Positions 15,001 to 29,900 of a DNA stretch of 64,000 nucleotides are shown piece after piece. Within the stretch, counting starts at the first letter, position 1; the number at the start of each line of letters is the position of its first letter. The stretch spans positions 305,846,001 through 305,910,000 of the forward strand of contig OZ024743.1 of NCBI GenBank assembly GCA_964016885.1, written 5' to 3'. Position numbers and translations under genes: made by a program. The notes beneath the pieces were generated by a model. It saw only the letters and a program-made list of their open reading frames with translations. It was not told the DNA's origin and made no database searches. The stretch comes from Eledone cirrhosa (taxonomy: Eukaryota).

Positions 15001-18000
15001 AGAACAGAGATGGTCTATATCTCTAGGTACACTATATATACACTAGAGAACAGATATGGTCTATATGTCTAGGAACAGTATATATACCCTACAGAACAGA
15101 GATGGTCTATATCTCTAGGTACACTATATATACGCTAGAGAACAGATATGGTCTATATCTCTAGGTACAGTATATATACCTTAGAGAACAGAGATGGTCT
15201 ATATCTCTAGGTACAGTATATATACCCTACAGAATAGAGATGGTCTATATCTCTAGGTACAGTATATATACCTTAGAGAACAGAGATGGTCTATATGTCT
15301 AGGTACAATATATATACCTTAAAGAAGAGAGATGGTCTATATCTCTAGGTACAGTAAATATACCTTAGAGAACAGAGATGGTCTATATCTCTAGGTACAC
15401 AATATATACGCTAGAGAACAGATATGGTCTATAAGTCTAGGTACAGTATATATACCTTAGAGAACAGAGATGCTCTATATCTCTAGGTACACTATATATA
15501 CCTTAGAGGACAGTGATAGTCTATATCTCTAGGTACAGTATATATACCTTTGAGAACTGAGATGGTCTATATCTCTGGGTACAGTATATATACCTTAGAG
15601 AACAGAGATGGTCTAGTTCTCTAGGTTCAGTATATATACCTTAGAGAACAGAGATGGTCTATATCTATAGGTACAGTATATATACCTTAGAGAACAGAGA
15701 TGGTCTATATCTCTAGGTACAGTATATATACCTTAGAGAACAGAGATGGTCTATATGTCTAGGTACAATATATATAACTTAAAGAAGAGAGATGGTCTAT
15801 ATCTCTAGGTACAGTATATATACCTTAAAGAACAGAGATGGTCTATATGTCTAAGTACAGTGTATATACCCTAATGAACAGAGATGGTCTATATGTCTAG
15901 GTACAGTATATATACCCTAGAGAACAGAAGGTCTATATCTCTAGGTACACTATATATACCCAAGAGAACAGAGATGGTGTATATCTCTAGGTAGAGTATA
16001 TATACACTAGAGAACAGATGGTCTATATGTCTAGGTACAATATATATACCTTAAAGAAGAGAGATGGTCTATATCTCTAGGTACAGTATATATAGCTTAG
16101 AGAACAGAGAAGCTCTATATCTCTAGGTACAGTATATATACCTTAGAGAAGAGAGATGGTCTATATCTCTAGGTACAGTATATATACCTTAGAGAACAGA
16201 GATAGTCTATATGCCTAGGTACAGTGTATATATACTAGAGAACAGATATGGTCTATATGTCTAGGTACAGTATATATACCCTAGAGAACAGAGATGGTCT
16301 ATATCTCTAGGTACACTATATATACGCTAGAGAACAGATATGGTCTATATCTCTAGGTACAGTATATATACCTTTGAGAACAGAGATGGTCTATATCTCT
16401 AGGTACAGTATATATACCCTACAGAATAGAGATGGTCTATATCTCTTGGTACAGTATATATACCTTAGAGAACAGAGATGGTCTATATGACTAGGTACAA
16501 TATATATACCTTAAAGAAGAGAGATGGTCTATATCTCTAGGTACAGTAAATATACCTTAGAGAACAGAGATGGTCTATATCTCTAGGTACACTATATATA
16601 CGCTAGAGAACAGATATGGTCTATAAGTCTAGGTACAGTATATATACCTTAGAGAACAGAGATGCTCTATATCTCTAGGTACACTATATATACCTTAGAG
16701 GACAGTGATAGTCTATATCTCTAGGTACAATATATATACCTTTGAGAACTGAGATGGTCTATATCTCTGGGTACAGTATATATACCTTAGAGAACAGAGA
16801 TGGTCTATATCTATAGGTACAGTATATATACCTTAGAGAACAGAGATGGTCTATATCTCTAGGTACAGTATATATACCCTAGAAACAGAGATGGTCTCTA
16901 TGTCTAGGTACAGTATATATACCTTAGAGAACAGAGATAGTCTATATCTCTAGATACAGTATATATACCCTAGAGAACAGAGATGGTCTATATGTCTAGG
17001 TACAGTATATATACCCTAGAGAACAGATTTGGTCTATATCTCTAGGTACAGTATATATACCCTAGAGAACAGAGATGGTCTATATCTCTAGGTACCGTAT
17101 ATATACCTTAGAGAACAGAGATGGTCTATATCTCTAGGTACAGTATATATACCTTAGAGAACAGAGATGGTCTATATGTCTAGATACAGTATATATATCT
17201 TAGAGAACAGAGATAGTCTATATCTCTAGGTACAGTATATATACCTTAGAGAACATAGATGGTCTATATTTCTGGGTACAGTATGTTTACCCTAGAGAAC
17301 AGAGATAGTCTTTATCTCTAGGTACAGTATATTTACCCTAGAGAAGAGAGATGGTCTATATCTCTAGGTACAGTATAAATACCCTAGAGAACAGAGATGG
17401 TCTATATCTCTAGGTACAGTATATATACCTTAAAGAAGAGAGATGGTCTATATCTCAAGCTACAGTATATATACCCTAGAGAACAGATTTGGTCTATATG
17501 TCTAGGTACAGTATATATACCTTAAAGAAGAGAGATGGTCTATATCTCAAGCTACAGTATATATACCCTAGAGAACAGATTTGGTCTATATGTCTAGGTA
17601 CAGTATATATACCTTAAAGAACAGAGATGGTCTATATGTCTACGTACAGTTTATATACCCTAGTGAACAGAGATGGTCTATATCTCTAGGTACACTATAT
17701 ATACACTAGAGAACAGATATGGTCTATATGTCTAGGAACAGTATATATACCCTACAGAACAGAGATGGTCTATATCTCTAGGTACACTATATATACGCTA
17801 GAGAACAGATATGGTCTATATCTCTAGGTACAGTATATATACCTTAGAGAACAGAGATGGTCTATATCTCTAGGTACAGTATATATACCCTACAGAATAG
17901 AGATGGTCTATATCTCTAGGTACAGTATATATACCTTAGAGAACAGAGATGGTCTATATGTCTAGGTACAATATATATACCTTAAAGAAGAGAGATGGTC

Positions 18001-19479
18001 TATATCTCTAGGTACAGTAAATATACCTTAGAGAACAGAGATGGTCTATATCTCTAGGTACACAATATATACGCTAGAGAACAGATATGGTCTATAAGTC
18101 TAGGTACAGTATATATACCTTAGAGAACAGAGATGCTCTATATCTCTAGGTACACTATATATACCTTAGAGGACAGTGATAGTCTATATCTCTAGGTACA
18201 GTATATATACCTTTGAGAACTGAGATGGTCTATATCTCTGGGTACAGTATATATACCTTAGAGAACAGAGATGGTCTAGTTCTCTAGGTTCAGTATATAT
18301 ACCTTAGAGAACAGAGATGGTCTATATCTATAGGTACAGTATATATACCTTAGAGAACAGAGATGGTCTATATCTCTAGGTACAGTATATATACCTTAGA
18401 GAACAGAGATGGTCTATATGTCTAGGTACAATATATATAACTTAAAGAAGAGAGATGGTCTATATCTCTAGGTACAGTATATATACCTTAAAGAACAGAG
18501 ATGGTCTATATGTCTAAGTACAGTGTATATACCCTAGAGAACAGAGATGGTCTATATGTCTAGGTACAGTATATATACCCTAGAGAACAGAAGGTCTATA
18601 TCTCTAGGTACACTATATATACCCAAGAGAACAGAGATGGTGTATATCTCTAGGTAGAGTATATATACACTAGAGAACAGATGGTCTATATGTCTAGGTA
18701 CAATATATATACCTTAAAGAAGAGAGATGGTCTATATCTCTAGGTACAGTATATATAGCTTAGAGAACAGAGAAGCTCTATATCTCTAGGTACAGTATAT
18801 ATACCTTAGAGAAGAGAGATGGTCTATATCTCTAGGTACAGTATATATACCTTAGAGAACAGAGATAGTCTATATGTCTAGGTACAGTGTATATATACTA
18901 GAGAACAGATATGGTCTATATGTCTAGGTACAGTATATATACCCTAGAGAACAGAGATGGTCTATATCTCTAGGTACACTATATATACGCTAGAGAACAG
19001 ATATGGTCTATATCTCTAGGTACAGTATATATACCTTTGAGAACAGAGATGGTCTATATCTCTAGGTACAGTATATATACCCTACAGAATAGAGATGGTC
19101 TATATCTCTTGGTACAGTATATATACCTTAGAGAACAGAGATGGTCTATATGTCTAGGTACAATATATATACCTTAAAGAAGAGAGATGGTCTATATCTC
19201 TAGGTACAGTAAATATACCTTAGAGAACAGAGATGGTCTATATCTCTAGGTACACTATATATACGCTAGAGAACAGATATGGTCTATAAGTCTAGGTACA
19301 GTATATATACCTTAGAGAACAGAGATGCTCTATATCTCTAGGTACACTATATATACCTTAGAGGACAGTGATAGTCTATATCTCTAGGTACAATATATAT
19401 ACCTTTGAGAACTGAGATGGTCTATATCTCTGGGTACAGTATATATACCTTAGAGAACAGAGATGGTCTATATCTATAG

Positions 19480-22400
19480 GTACAGTATATATACCTTAGA
19501 GAACAGAGATGGTCTATATCTCTAGGTACAGTATATATACCCTAGAAACAGAGATGGTCTCTATGTCTAGGTACAGTATATATACCTTAGAGAACAGAGA
19601 TAGTCTATATCTCTAGATACAGTATATATACCCTAGAGAACAGAGATGGTCTATATGTCTAGGTACAGTATATATACCCTAGAGAACAGATTTGGTCTAT
19701 ATCTCTAGGTACAGTATATATACCCTAGAGAACAGAGATGGTCTATATCTCTAGGTACCGTATATATACCTTAGAGAACAGAGATGGTCTATATCTCTAG
19801 GTACAGTATATATACCTTAGAGAACAGAGATGGTCTATATGTCTAGATACAGTATATATACCTTAGAGAACAGAGATAGTCTATATCTCTAGGTACAGTA
19901 TATATACCTTAGAGAACATAGATGGTCTATATTTCTGGGTACAGTATGTTTACCCTAGAGAACAGAGATAGTCTTTATCTCTAGGTACAGTATATTTACC
20001 CTAGAGAAGAGAGATGGTCTATATCTCTAGGTACAGTATAAATACCCTAGAGAACAGAGATGGTCTATATCTCTAGGTACAGTATATATACCTTAAAGAA
20101 GAGAGATGGTCTATATCTCAAGCTACAGTATATATACCCTAGAGAACAGATTTGGTCTATATGTCTAGGTACAGTATATATACCTTAAAGAACAGAGATG
20201 GTCTATATGTCTACGTACAGTTTATATACCCTAGAGAACAGAGATGGTCTATATCTCTAGGTACACTATATATACACTAGAGAACAGATATGGTCTATAT
20301 GTCTAGGAACAGTATATATACCCTACAGAACAGAGATGGTCTATATCTCTAGGTACACTATATATACGCTAGAGAACAGATATGGTCTATATCTCTAGGT
20401 ACAGTATATATACCTTAGAGAACAGAGATGGTCTATATCTCTAGGTACAGTATATATACCCTACAGAATAGAGATGGTCTATATCTCTAGGTACAGTATA
20501 TATACCTTAGAGAACAGAGATGGTCTATATGTCTAGGTACAATATATATACCTTAAAGAAGAGAGATGGTCTATATCTCTAGGTACAGTAAATATACCTT
20601 AGAGAACAGAGATGGTCTATATCTCTAGGTACACTATATATACGCTAGAGAACAGATATGGTCTATAAGTCTAGGTACAGTATATATACCTTAGAGAACA
20701 GAGATGCTCTATATCTCTAGGTACACTATATATACCTTAGAGGACAGTGATAGTCTATATCTCTAGGTACAGTATATATACCTTTGAGAACTGAGATGGT
20801 CTATATCTCTGGGTACAGTATATATACCTTAGAGAACAGAGATGGTCTAGTTCTCTAGGTTCAGTATATATACCTTAGAGAACAGAGATGGTCTATATCT
20901 ATAGGTACAGTATATATACCTTAGAGAACAGAGATGGTCTATATCTCTAGGTACAGTATATATACCTTAGAGAACAGAGATGGTCTATATGTCTAGGTAC
21001 AATATATATAACTTAAAGAAGAGAGATGGTCTATATCTCTAGGTACAGTATATATACCTTAAAGAACAGAGATGGTCTATATGTCTAAGTACAGTGTATA
21101 TACCCTAGAGAACAGAGATGGTCTATATCTCTAGGTACACTATATATATCCTAGAGAACAGAGAAGGTCTATATCTCTAGGTACACTATATATACCCAAG
21201 AGAACAGAGATGGTCTATATCTCTAGGTAGAGTATATATACACTAGAGAACAGAGATGGTCTATATGTCTAGGTACCGTATATATACTTTAGAGAACAGA
21301 GATGGTATATATCTCTAGGTACCCTAGAGAACAGAGATGGTCTATATGTCTAGGTACAATATATATACCTTAAAGAAGAGAGATGGTCAATATCTCTAGG
21401 TACAGTATATATAGCATAGAGAACAGAGAAGCTCTATATCTCTAGGTACAGTATATATACCTTAGAGAACAGAGATGGTCTATATCTCTAGGTACAGTAT
21501 ATATACCTTAGAGAACAGAGATAGTCTATATGTCTAGGTACAGTGTATATACACTAGAGAACAGATATGGTCTATATGTCTAGGTACAGTATATATACCC
21601 TAGAGAACAGAGATGGTCTATATCTCTAGGTACACTATATATACGCTAGAGAACAGATATGGTCTATATCTCTAGGTACAGTATATATACCTTTGAGAAC
21701 AGAGATGGTCTATATCTCTAGGTACAGTATATATACCCTACAGAATAGAGATGGTCTATATCTCTTGGTACCGTATATATACCTTAGAGAACAGAGATGG
21801 TCTATATGTCTAGGTACAATATATATACCTTAAAGAAGAGAGATGGTCTATATCTCTAGGTACAGTAAATATACCTTAGAGAACAGAGATGGTCTATATC
21901 TCTAGGTACACTATATATACGCTAGAGAACAGATATGGTCTATAAGTCTAGGTACAGTATATATACCTTAGAGAACAGAGATGCTCTATATCTCTAGGTA
22001 CACTATATATACCTTAGAGGACAGTGATAGTCTATATCTCTAGGTACAATATATATACCTTTGAGAACTGAGATGGTCTATATCTCTGGGTACAGTATAT
22101 ATACCCTAGAGAACAGAGATGGTCTATATGTCTAGGTACAGTATATATACCCTAGAGAACAGATTTGGTCTATATCTCTAGGTACAGTATATATACCCTA
22201 GAGAACAGAGATGGTCTATATCTCTAGGTACCGTATATATACCTTAGAGAACAGAGATGGTCTAGTTCTCTAGGTTCAGTATATATAACTTAGAGAACAG
22301 AGATGGTCTATATCTATAGGTACAGTATATATACCTTAGAGAACAGAGATGGTCTATATCTCTAGGTACAGTATATATACCCTAGAAACAGAGATGGTCT

Positions 22401-25400
22401 CTATGTCTATGTACAGTATATATACCTTAGAGAACAGAGATAGTCTATATCTCTAGATACAGTATATATACCCTAGAGAACAGAGATGGTCTATATGTCT
22501 AGGTACAGTATATATACCCTAGAGAAAAGATTTGGTCTATATCTCTAGGTACAGTATATATACCCTAGAGAACAGAGATGGTCTATATCTCTAGGTACCG
22601 TATATATACCTTAGAGAACAGAGATGGTCTATATCTCTAGGTACAGTATATATACCTTAGAGAACAGAGATGGTCTATATGTCTAGATACAGTATATATA
22701 CCTTAGAGAACAGAGATAGTCTATATCTCTAGGTACAGTATATATACCTTAGAGAACATAGATGGTCTATATTTCTGGGTACAGTATGTTTACCCTAGAG
22801 AACAGAGATAGTCTTTATCTCTAGGTACAGTATATTTACCCTAGAGAAGAGAGATGGTCTATATCTCTAGGTACAGTATCAATACCCTAGAGAACAGAGA
22901 TGGTCTATATCTCTAGGTACAGTATATATACCTTAAAGAAGAGAGATGGTCTATATCTCAAGCTACAGTATATATACCTTAGAGAACAGAGATGGTCTAT
23001 ATCTATAGGTACAGTATATATACCTTAGAGAACAGAGATGGACTATATCTCTAGGTACAGTATATATACCCTAGAAACAGAGATGGTCTCTATGTCTAGG
23101 TACAGTATATATACCTTAGAGAACAGAGATAGTCTATATCTCTAGATACAGTATATATACCCTAGAGAACAGAGATGGTCTATATGTCTAGGTACAGTAT
23201 ATATACCCTAGAGAACAGATTTGGTCTATATCTCTAGGTACAGTATATATACCCTAGAGAACAGAGATGGTCTATATCTCTAGGTACCGTATATATACCT
23301 TAGAGAACAGAGATGGTCTATATCTCTAGGTACAGTATATATACCTTAGAGAACAGAGATGGTCTATATGTCTAGATACAGTATATATACCTTAGAGAAC
23401 AGAGATAGTCTATATCTCTAGGTACAGTATATATACCTTAGAGAACATAGATGGTCTATATTTCTGGGTACAGTATGTTTACCCTAGAGAACAGAGATAG
23501 TCTTTATCTCTAGGTACAGTATATTTACCCTAGAGAAGAGAGATGGTCTATATCTCTAGGTACAGTATAAATACCCTAGAGAACAGAGATGGTCTATATC
23601 TCTAGGTACAGTATATATACCTTAAAGAAGAGAGATGGTCTATATCTCAAGCTACAGTATATATACCCTAGAGAACAGATTTGGTCTATATGTCTAGGTA
23701 CAGTATATATACCTTAAAGAACAGAGATGGTCTATATGTCTACGTACAGTTTATATACCCTAGAGAACAGAGATGGTCTATATCTCTAGGTACACTATAT
23801 ATACACTAGAGAACAGATATGGTCTATATGTCTAGGAACAGTATATATACCCTACAGAACAGAGATGGTCTATATCTCTAGGTACACTATATATACGCTA
23901 GAGAACAGATATGGTCTATATCTCTAGGTACAGTATATATACCTTAGAGAACAGAGATGGTCTATATCTCTAGGTACAGTATATATACCCTACAGAATAG
24001 AGATGGTCTATATCTCTAGGTACAGTATATATACCTTAGAGAACAGAGATGGTCTATATGTCTAGGTACAATATATATACCTTAAAGAAGAGAGATGGTC
24101 TATATCTCTAGGTACAGTAAATATACCTTAGAGAACAGAGATGGTCTATATCTCTAGGTACACTATATATACGCTAGAGAACAGATATGGTCTATAAGTC
24201 TAGGTACAGTATATATACCTTAGAGAACAGAGATGCTCTATATCTCTAGGTACACTATATATACCTTAGAGGACAGTGATAGTCTATATCTCTAGGTACA
24301 GTATATATACCTTTGAGAACTGAGATGGTCTATATCTCTGGGTACAGTATATATACCTTAGAGAACAGAGATGGTCTAGTTCTCTAGGTTCAGTATATAT
24401 ACCTTAGAGAACAGAGATGGTCTATATCTATAGGTACAGTATATATACCTTAGAGAACAGAGATGGTCTATATCTCTAGGTACAGTATATATACCTTAGA
24501 GAACAGAGATGGTCTATATGTCTAGGTACAATATATATAACTTAAAGAAGAGAGATGGTCTATATCTCTAGGTACAGTATATATACCTTAAAGAACAGAG
24601 ATGGTCTATATGTCTAAGTACAGTGTATATACCCTAGAGAACAGAGATGGTCTATATCTCTAGGTACACTATATATATCCTAGAGAACAGAGAAGGTCTA
24701 TATCTCTAGGTACACTATATATACCCAAGAGAACAGAGATGGTCTATATCTCTAGGTAGAGTATATATACACTAGAGAACAGAGATGGTCTATATGTCTA
24801 GGTACCGTATATATACTTTAGAGAACAGAGATGGTATATATCTCTAGGTACCCTAGAGAACAGAGATGGTCTATATGTCTAGGTACAATATATATACCTT
24901 AAAGAAGAGAGATGGTCAATATCTCTAGGTACAGTATATATAGCATAGAGAACAGAGAAGCTCTATATCTCTAGGTACAGTATATATACCTTAGAGAACA
25001 GAGATGGTCTATATCTCTAGGTACAGTATATATACCTTAGAGAACAGAGATAGTCTATATGTCTAGGTACAGTGTATATACACTAGAGAACAGATATGGT
25101 CTATATGTCTAGGTACAGTATATATACCCTAGAGAACAGAGATGGTCTATATCTCTAGGTACACTATATATACGCTAGAGAACAGATATGGTCTATATCT
25201 CTAGGTACAGTATATATACCTTTGAGAACAGAGATGGTCTATATCTCTAGGTACAGTATATATACCCTACAGAATAGAGATGGTCTATATCTCTTGGTAC
25301 CGTATATATACCTTAGAGAACAGAGATGGTCTATATGTCTAGGTACAATATATATACCTTAAAGAAGAGAGATGGTCTATATCTCTAGGTACAGTAAATA

Positions 25401-26830
25401 TACCTTAGAGAACAGAGATGGTCTATATCTCTAGGTACACTATATATACGCTAGAGAACAGATATGGTCTATAAGTCTAGGTACAGTATATATACCTTAG
25501 AGAACAGAGATGCTCTATATCTCTAGGTACACTATATATACCTTAGAGGACAGTGATAGTCTATATCTCTAGGTACAATATATATACCTTTGAGAACTGA
25601 GATGGTCTATATCTCTGGGTACAGTATATATACCCTAGAGAACAGAGATGGTCTATATGTCTAGGTACAGTATATATACCCTAGAGAACAGATTTGGTCT
25701 ATATCTCTAGGTACAGTATATATACCCTAGAGAACAGAGATGGTCTATATCTCTAGGTACCGTATATATACCTTAGAGAACAGAGATGGTCTAGTTCTCT
25801 AGGTTCAGTATATATAACTTAGAGAACAGAGATGGTCTATATCTATAGGTACAGTATATATACCTTAGAGAACAGAGATGGTCTATATCTCTAGGTACAG
25901 TATATATACCCTAGAAACAGAGATGGTCTCTATGTCTATGTACAGTATATATACCTTAGAGAACAGAGATAGTCTATATCTCTAGATACAGTATATATAC
26001 CCTAGAGAACAGAGATGGTCTATATGTCTAGGTACAGTATATATACACTAGAGAAAAGATTTGGTCTATATCTCTAGGTACAGTATATATACCCTAGAGA
26101 ACAGAGATGGTCTATATCTCTAGGTACCGTATATATACCTTAGAGAACAGAGATGGTCTATATCTCTAGGTACAGTATATATACCTTAGAGAACAGAGAT
26201 GGTCTATATGTCTAGATACAGTATATATACCTTAGAGAACAGAGATAGTCTATATCTCTAGGTACAGTATATATACCTTAGAGAACATAGATGGTCTATA
26301 TTTCTGGGTACAGTATGTTTACCCTAGAGAACAGAGATAGTCTTTATCTCTAGGTACAGTATATTTACCCTAGAGAAGAGAGATGGTCTATATCTCTAGG
26401 TACAGTATCAATACCCTAGAGAACAGAGATGGTCTATATCTCTAGGTACAGTATATATACCTTAAAGAAGAGAGATGGTCTATATCTCAAGCTACAGTAT
26501 ATATACCTTAGAGAACAGAGATCGTCTATATCTATAGGTACAGTATATATACCTTAGAGAACAGAGATGGACTATATCTCTAGGTACAGTATATATACCC
26601 TAGAAACAGAGATGGTCTCTATGTCTAGGTACAGTATATATACCTTAGAGAACAGAGATAGTCTATATCTCTAGATACAGTATATATACCCTAGAGAACA
26701 GAGATGGTCTATATGTCTAGGTACAGTATATATACCCTAGAGAACAGATTTGGTCTATATCTCTAGGTACAGTATATATACCCTAGAGAACAGAGATGGT
26801 CTATATCTCTAGGTACCGTATATATACCTT
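19480..26830. repeat. 3,529-bp higher-order tandem duplication of the satellite
   Basis: GGTCAATATC at 21385 and 24914, and GTATCAATAC at 22876 and 26405, both offset by 3,529 bp. Boundaries are approximate. Confidence 0.8.
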
Positions 26831-26909
26831 ACAGAACAGAGATGGTCTATATCTCTAGGTACACTATATATACGCTAGAGAACAGATATGGTCTATATCT
26901 CTAGGTACA

Positions 26910-29900
26910 GTATATATACCCTACAGAATAGAGATGGTCTATATCTCTAGGTACAGTATATATACCTTAGAGAACAGAGATGGTCTATATGTCTAGGTAC
27001 AATATATATACCTTAAAGAAGAGAGATGGTCTATATCTCTAGGTACAGTAAATATACCTTAGAGAACAGAGATGGTCTATATCTCTAGGTACACTATATA
27101 TACGCTAGAGAACAGATATGGTCTATAAGTCTAGGTACAGTATATATACCTTAGAGAACAGAGATGCTCTATATCTCTAGGTACACTATATATATCTTAG
27201 AAGACAGTGATAGTCTATATCTCTAGGTACAGTATATATACCTTTGAGAACTGAGATGGTCTATATCTCTGGGTACAGTATATATACCTTAGAGAACAGA
27301 GATGGTCTAGTTCTCTAGGTTCAGTATATATACCTTAGAGAACAGAGATGGTCTATATCTATAGGTACAGTATATATACCTTAGAGAACAGAGATGGTCT
27401 ATATGTCTAGGTACAATATATATACCTTAAAGAAGAGAGATGGTCTATATCTCTAGGTACAGTATATATACCTTAAAGAACAGAGATGGTCTATATGTCT
27501 AAGTACAGTGTATATACCCTAGAGAACAGAGATGGTCTATATCTCTAGGTACACTATATATATCCTAGAGAACAGAGAAGGTCTATATCTCTAGGTACAG
27601 TATATATACCATAGAGAACAGAGATGGTCTATATCTCTAGGTACACTATTTATACCCTAGAGAACAGAGATGGTCTATATGTCTAGGTACAGTATATATA
27701 CCCTAGAGAACAGAAGGTCTATATCTCTAGGTACACTATATATACCCAAGAGAACAGAGATGGTCTATATCTCTAGGTAGAGTATATATACACTAGAGAA
27801 CAGAGATGGTCTATATGTCTAGGTACCGTATATATACTTTAGAGAACAGAGATGGTATATATCTCTAGGTACCCTAGAGAACAGAGATGGTCTATATGTC
27901 TAGGTACAATATATATACCTTAAAGAAGAGAGATGGTCAATATCTCTAGGTACAGTATATATAGCTTAGAGAACAGAGAAGCTCTATATCTCTAGGTACA
28001 GTATATATACCTTAGAGAACAGAGATGGTCTATATCTCTAGGTACAGTATATATAACTTAGAGAACAGAGATAGTCTATATGTCTAGGTACACTGTATAT
28101 ACACTAGAGAACAGATATGGTCTATATGTCTAGGTACAGTATATATACCCTAGAGAACAGAGATGGTCTATATCTCTAGGTACACTATATATACGCTAGA
28201 GAACAGATATGGTCTATATCTCTAGGTACAGTATATATACCTTTGAGAACAGAGATGGTCTATATCTCTAGGTACAGTATATATACCCTACAGAATAGAG
28301 ATGGTCTATATCTCTTGGTACAGTATATATACCTTAGAGAACAGAGATGGTCTATATGTCTAGGTACAATATATATACCTTAAAGAAGAGAGATGGTCTA
28401 TATCTCTAGGTACAGTAAATATACCTTAGAGAACAGAGATGGTCTATATCTCTAGGTACACTATATATACGCTAGAGAACAGATATGGTCTATAAGTCTA
28501 GGTACAGTATATATACCTTAGAGAAAAGAGATGCTCTATATCTCTAGGTACACTATATATACCTTAGAGGACAGTGATAGTCTATATCTCTAGGTACAGT
28601 ATATATACCTTTGAGAACTGAGATGGTCTATATCTCTGGGTACAGTATATATACCTTAGAGAACAGAGATGGTCTAGTTCTCTAGGTTCAGTATATATAC
28701 CTTAGAGAACAGAGATGGTCTATATCTATAGGTACAGTATATATACCTTAGAGAACAGAGATGGTCTATATCTCTAGGTACAGTATATATACCTTAGAGA
28801 ACAGAGATGGTCTATATGTCTACGTACAATATATATACCTTAAAGAAGAGAGATGGTCTATATCTCTAGGTACAGTATATATACCTTAAAGAACAGAGAT
28901 GGTCTATATGTCTAAGTACAGTGTATATACCCTAGAGAACAGAGATGGTCTATATCTCTAGGTACAGTATATATACCCTAGAGAACAGAGATGGTCTATA
29001 TCTCTAGGTACCGTATATATACCTTAGAGAACAGAGATGGTCTATATCTCTAGGTACAGTATATATACCTTAGAGAACAGAGATGGTCTATATGTCTAGA
29101 TACAGTATATATACCTTAGAGAACAGAGATAGTCTATATCTCTAGGTACAGTATATATACCTTAGAGAACATAGATGGTCTATATTTCTGGGTACAGTAT
29201 GTTTACCCTAGAGAACAGAGATAGTCTTTATCTCTAGGTACAGTATATTTACCCTAGAGAAGAGAGATGGTCTATATCTCTAGGTACAGTATAAATACCC
29301 TAGAGAACAGAGATGGTCTATATCTCTAGGTACAGTATATATACCTTAAAGAAGAGAGATGGTCTATATCTCAACCTACAGTATATATACCCTAGAGAAC
29401 AGATTTGGTCTATATCTCTAGGTACAGTATATATACCTTAAAGACCAGAGATGGTCTATATGTCTAAGTACAGTGTATATACCCTAGAGAACAGAGATGG
29501 TCTATATTTCTAGGTACACTATATATACACTAGAGAACAGATATGGTCTATATGTCTAGGAACAGTATATATACCCTAGAGAACAGAGATGGTCTATATC
29601 TCTAGGTACACTATATATACGCTAGAGAAAAGATATGGTCTATATCTCTAGGTACAGTATATATACCTCAGAGAACAGAGATGGTCTATATCTCTAGGTA
29701 CAGTATATATACCCTACAGAATAGAGATGGTCTATATCCCTAGGTACAGTATATATACCTTAGAGAACAGAGATGGTCTATATGTCTAGGTACAATATAT
29801 ATACCTTAAAGAAGAGAGATGGTCTATATCTCTAGGTACAGTAAATATACCTTAGAGAACAGAGATGGTCTATATCTCTAGGTACACTATATATATACGC

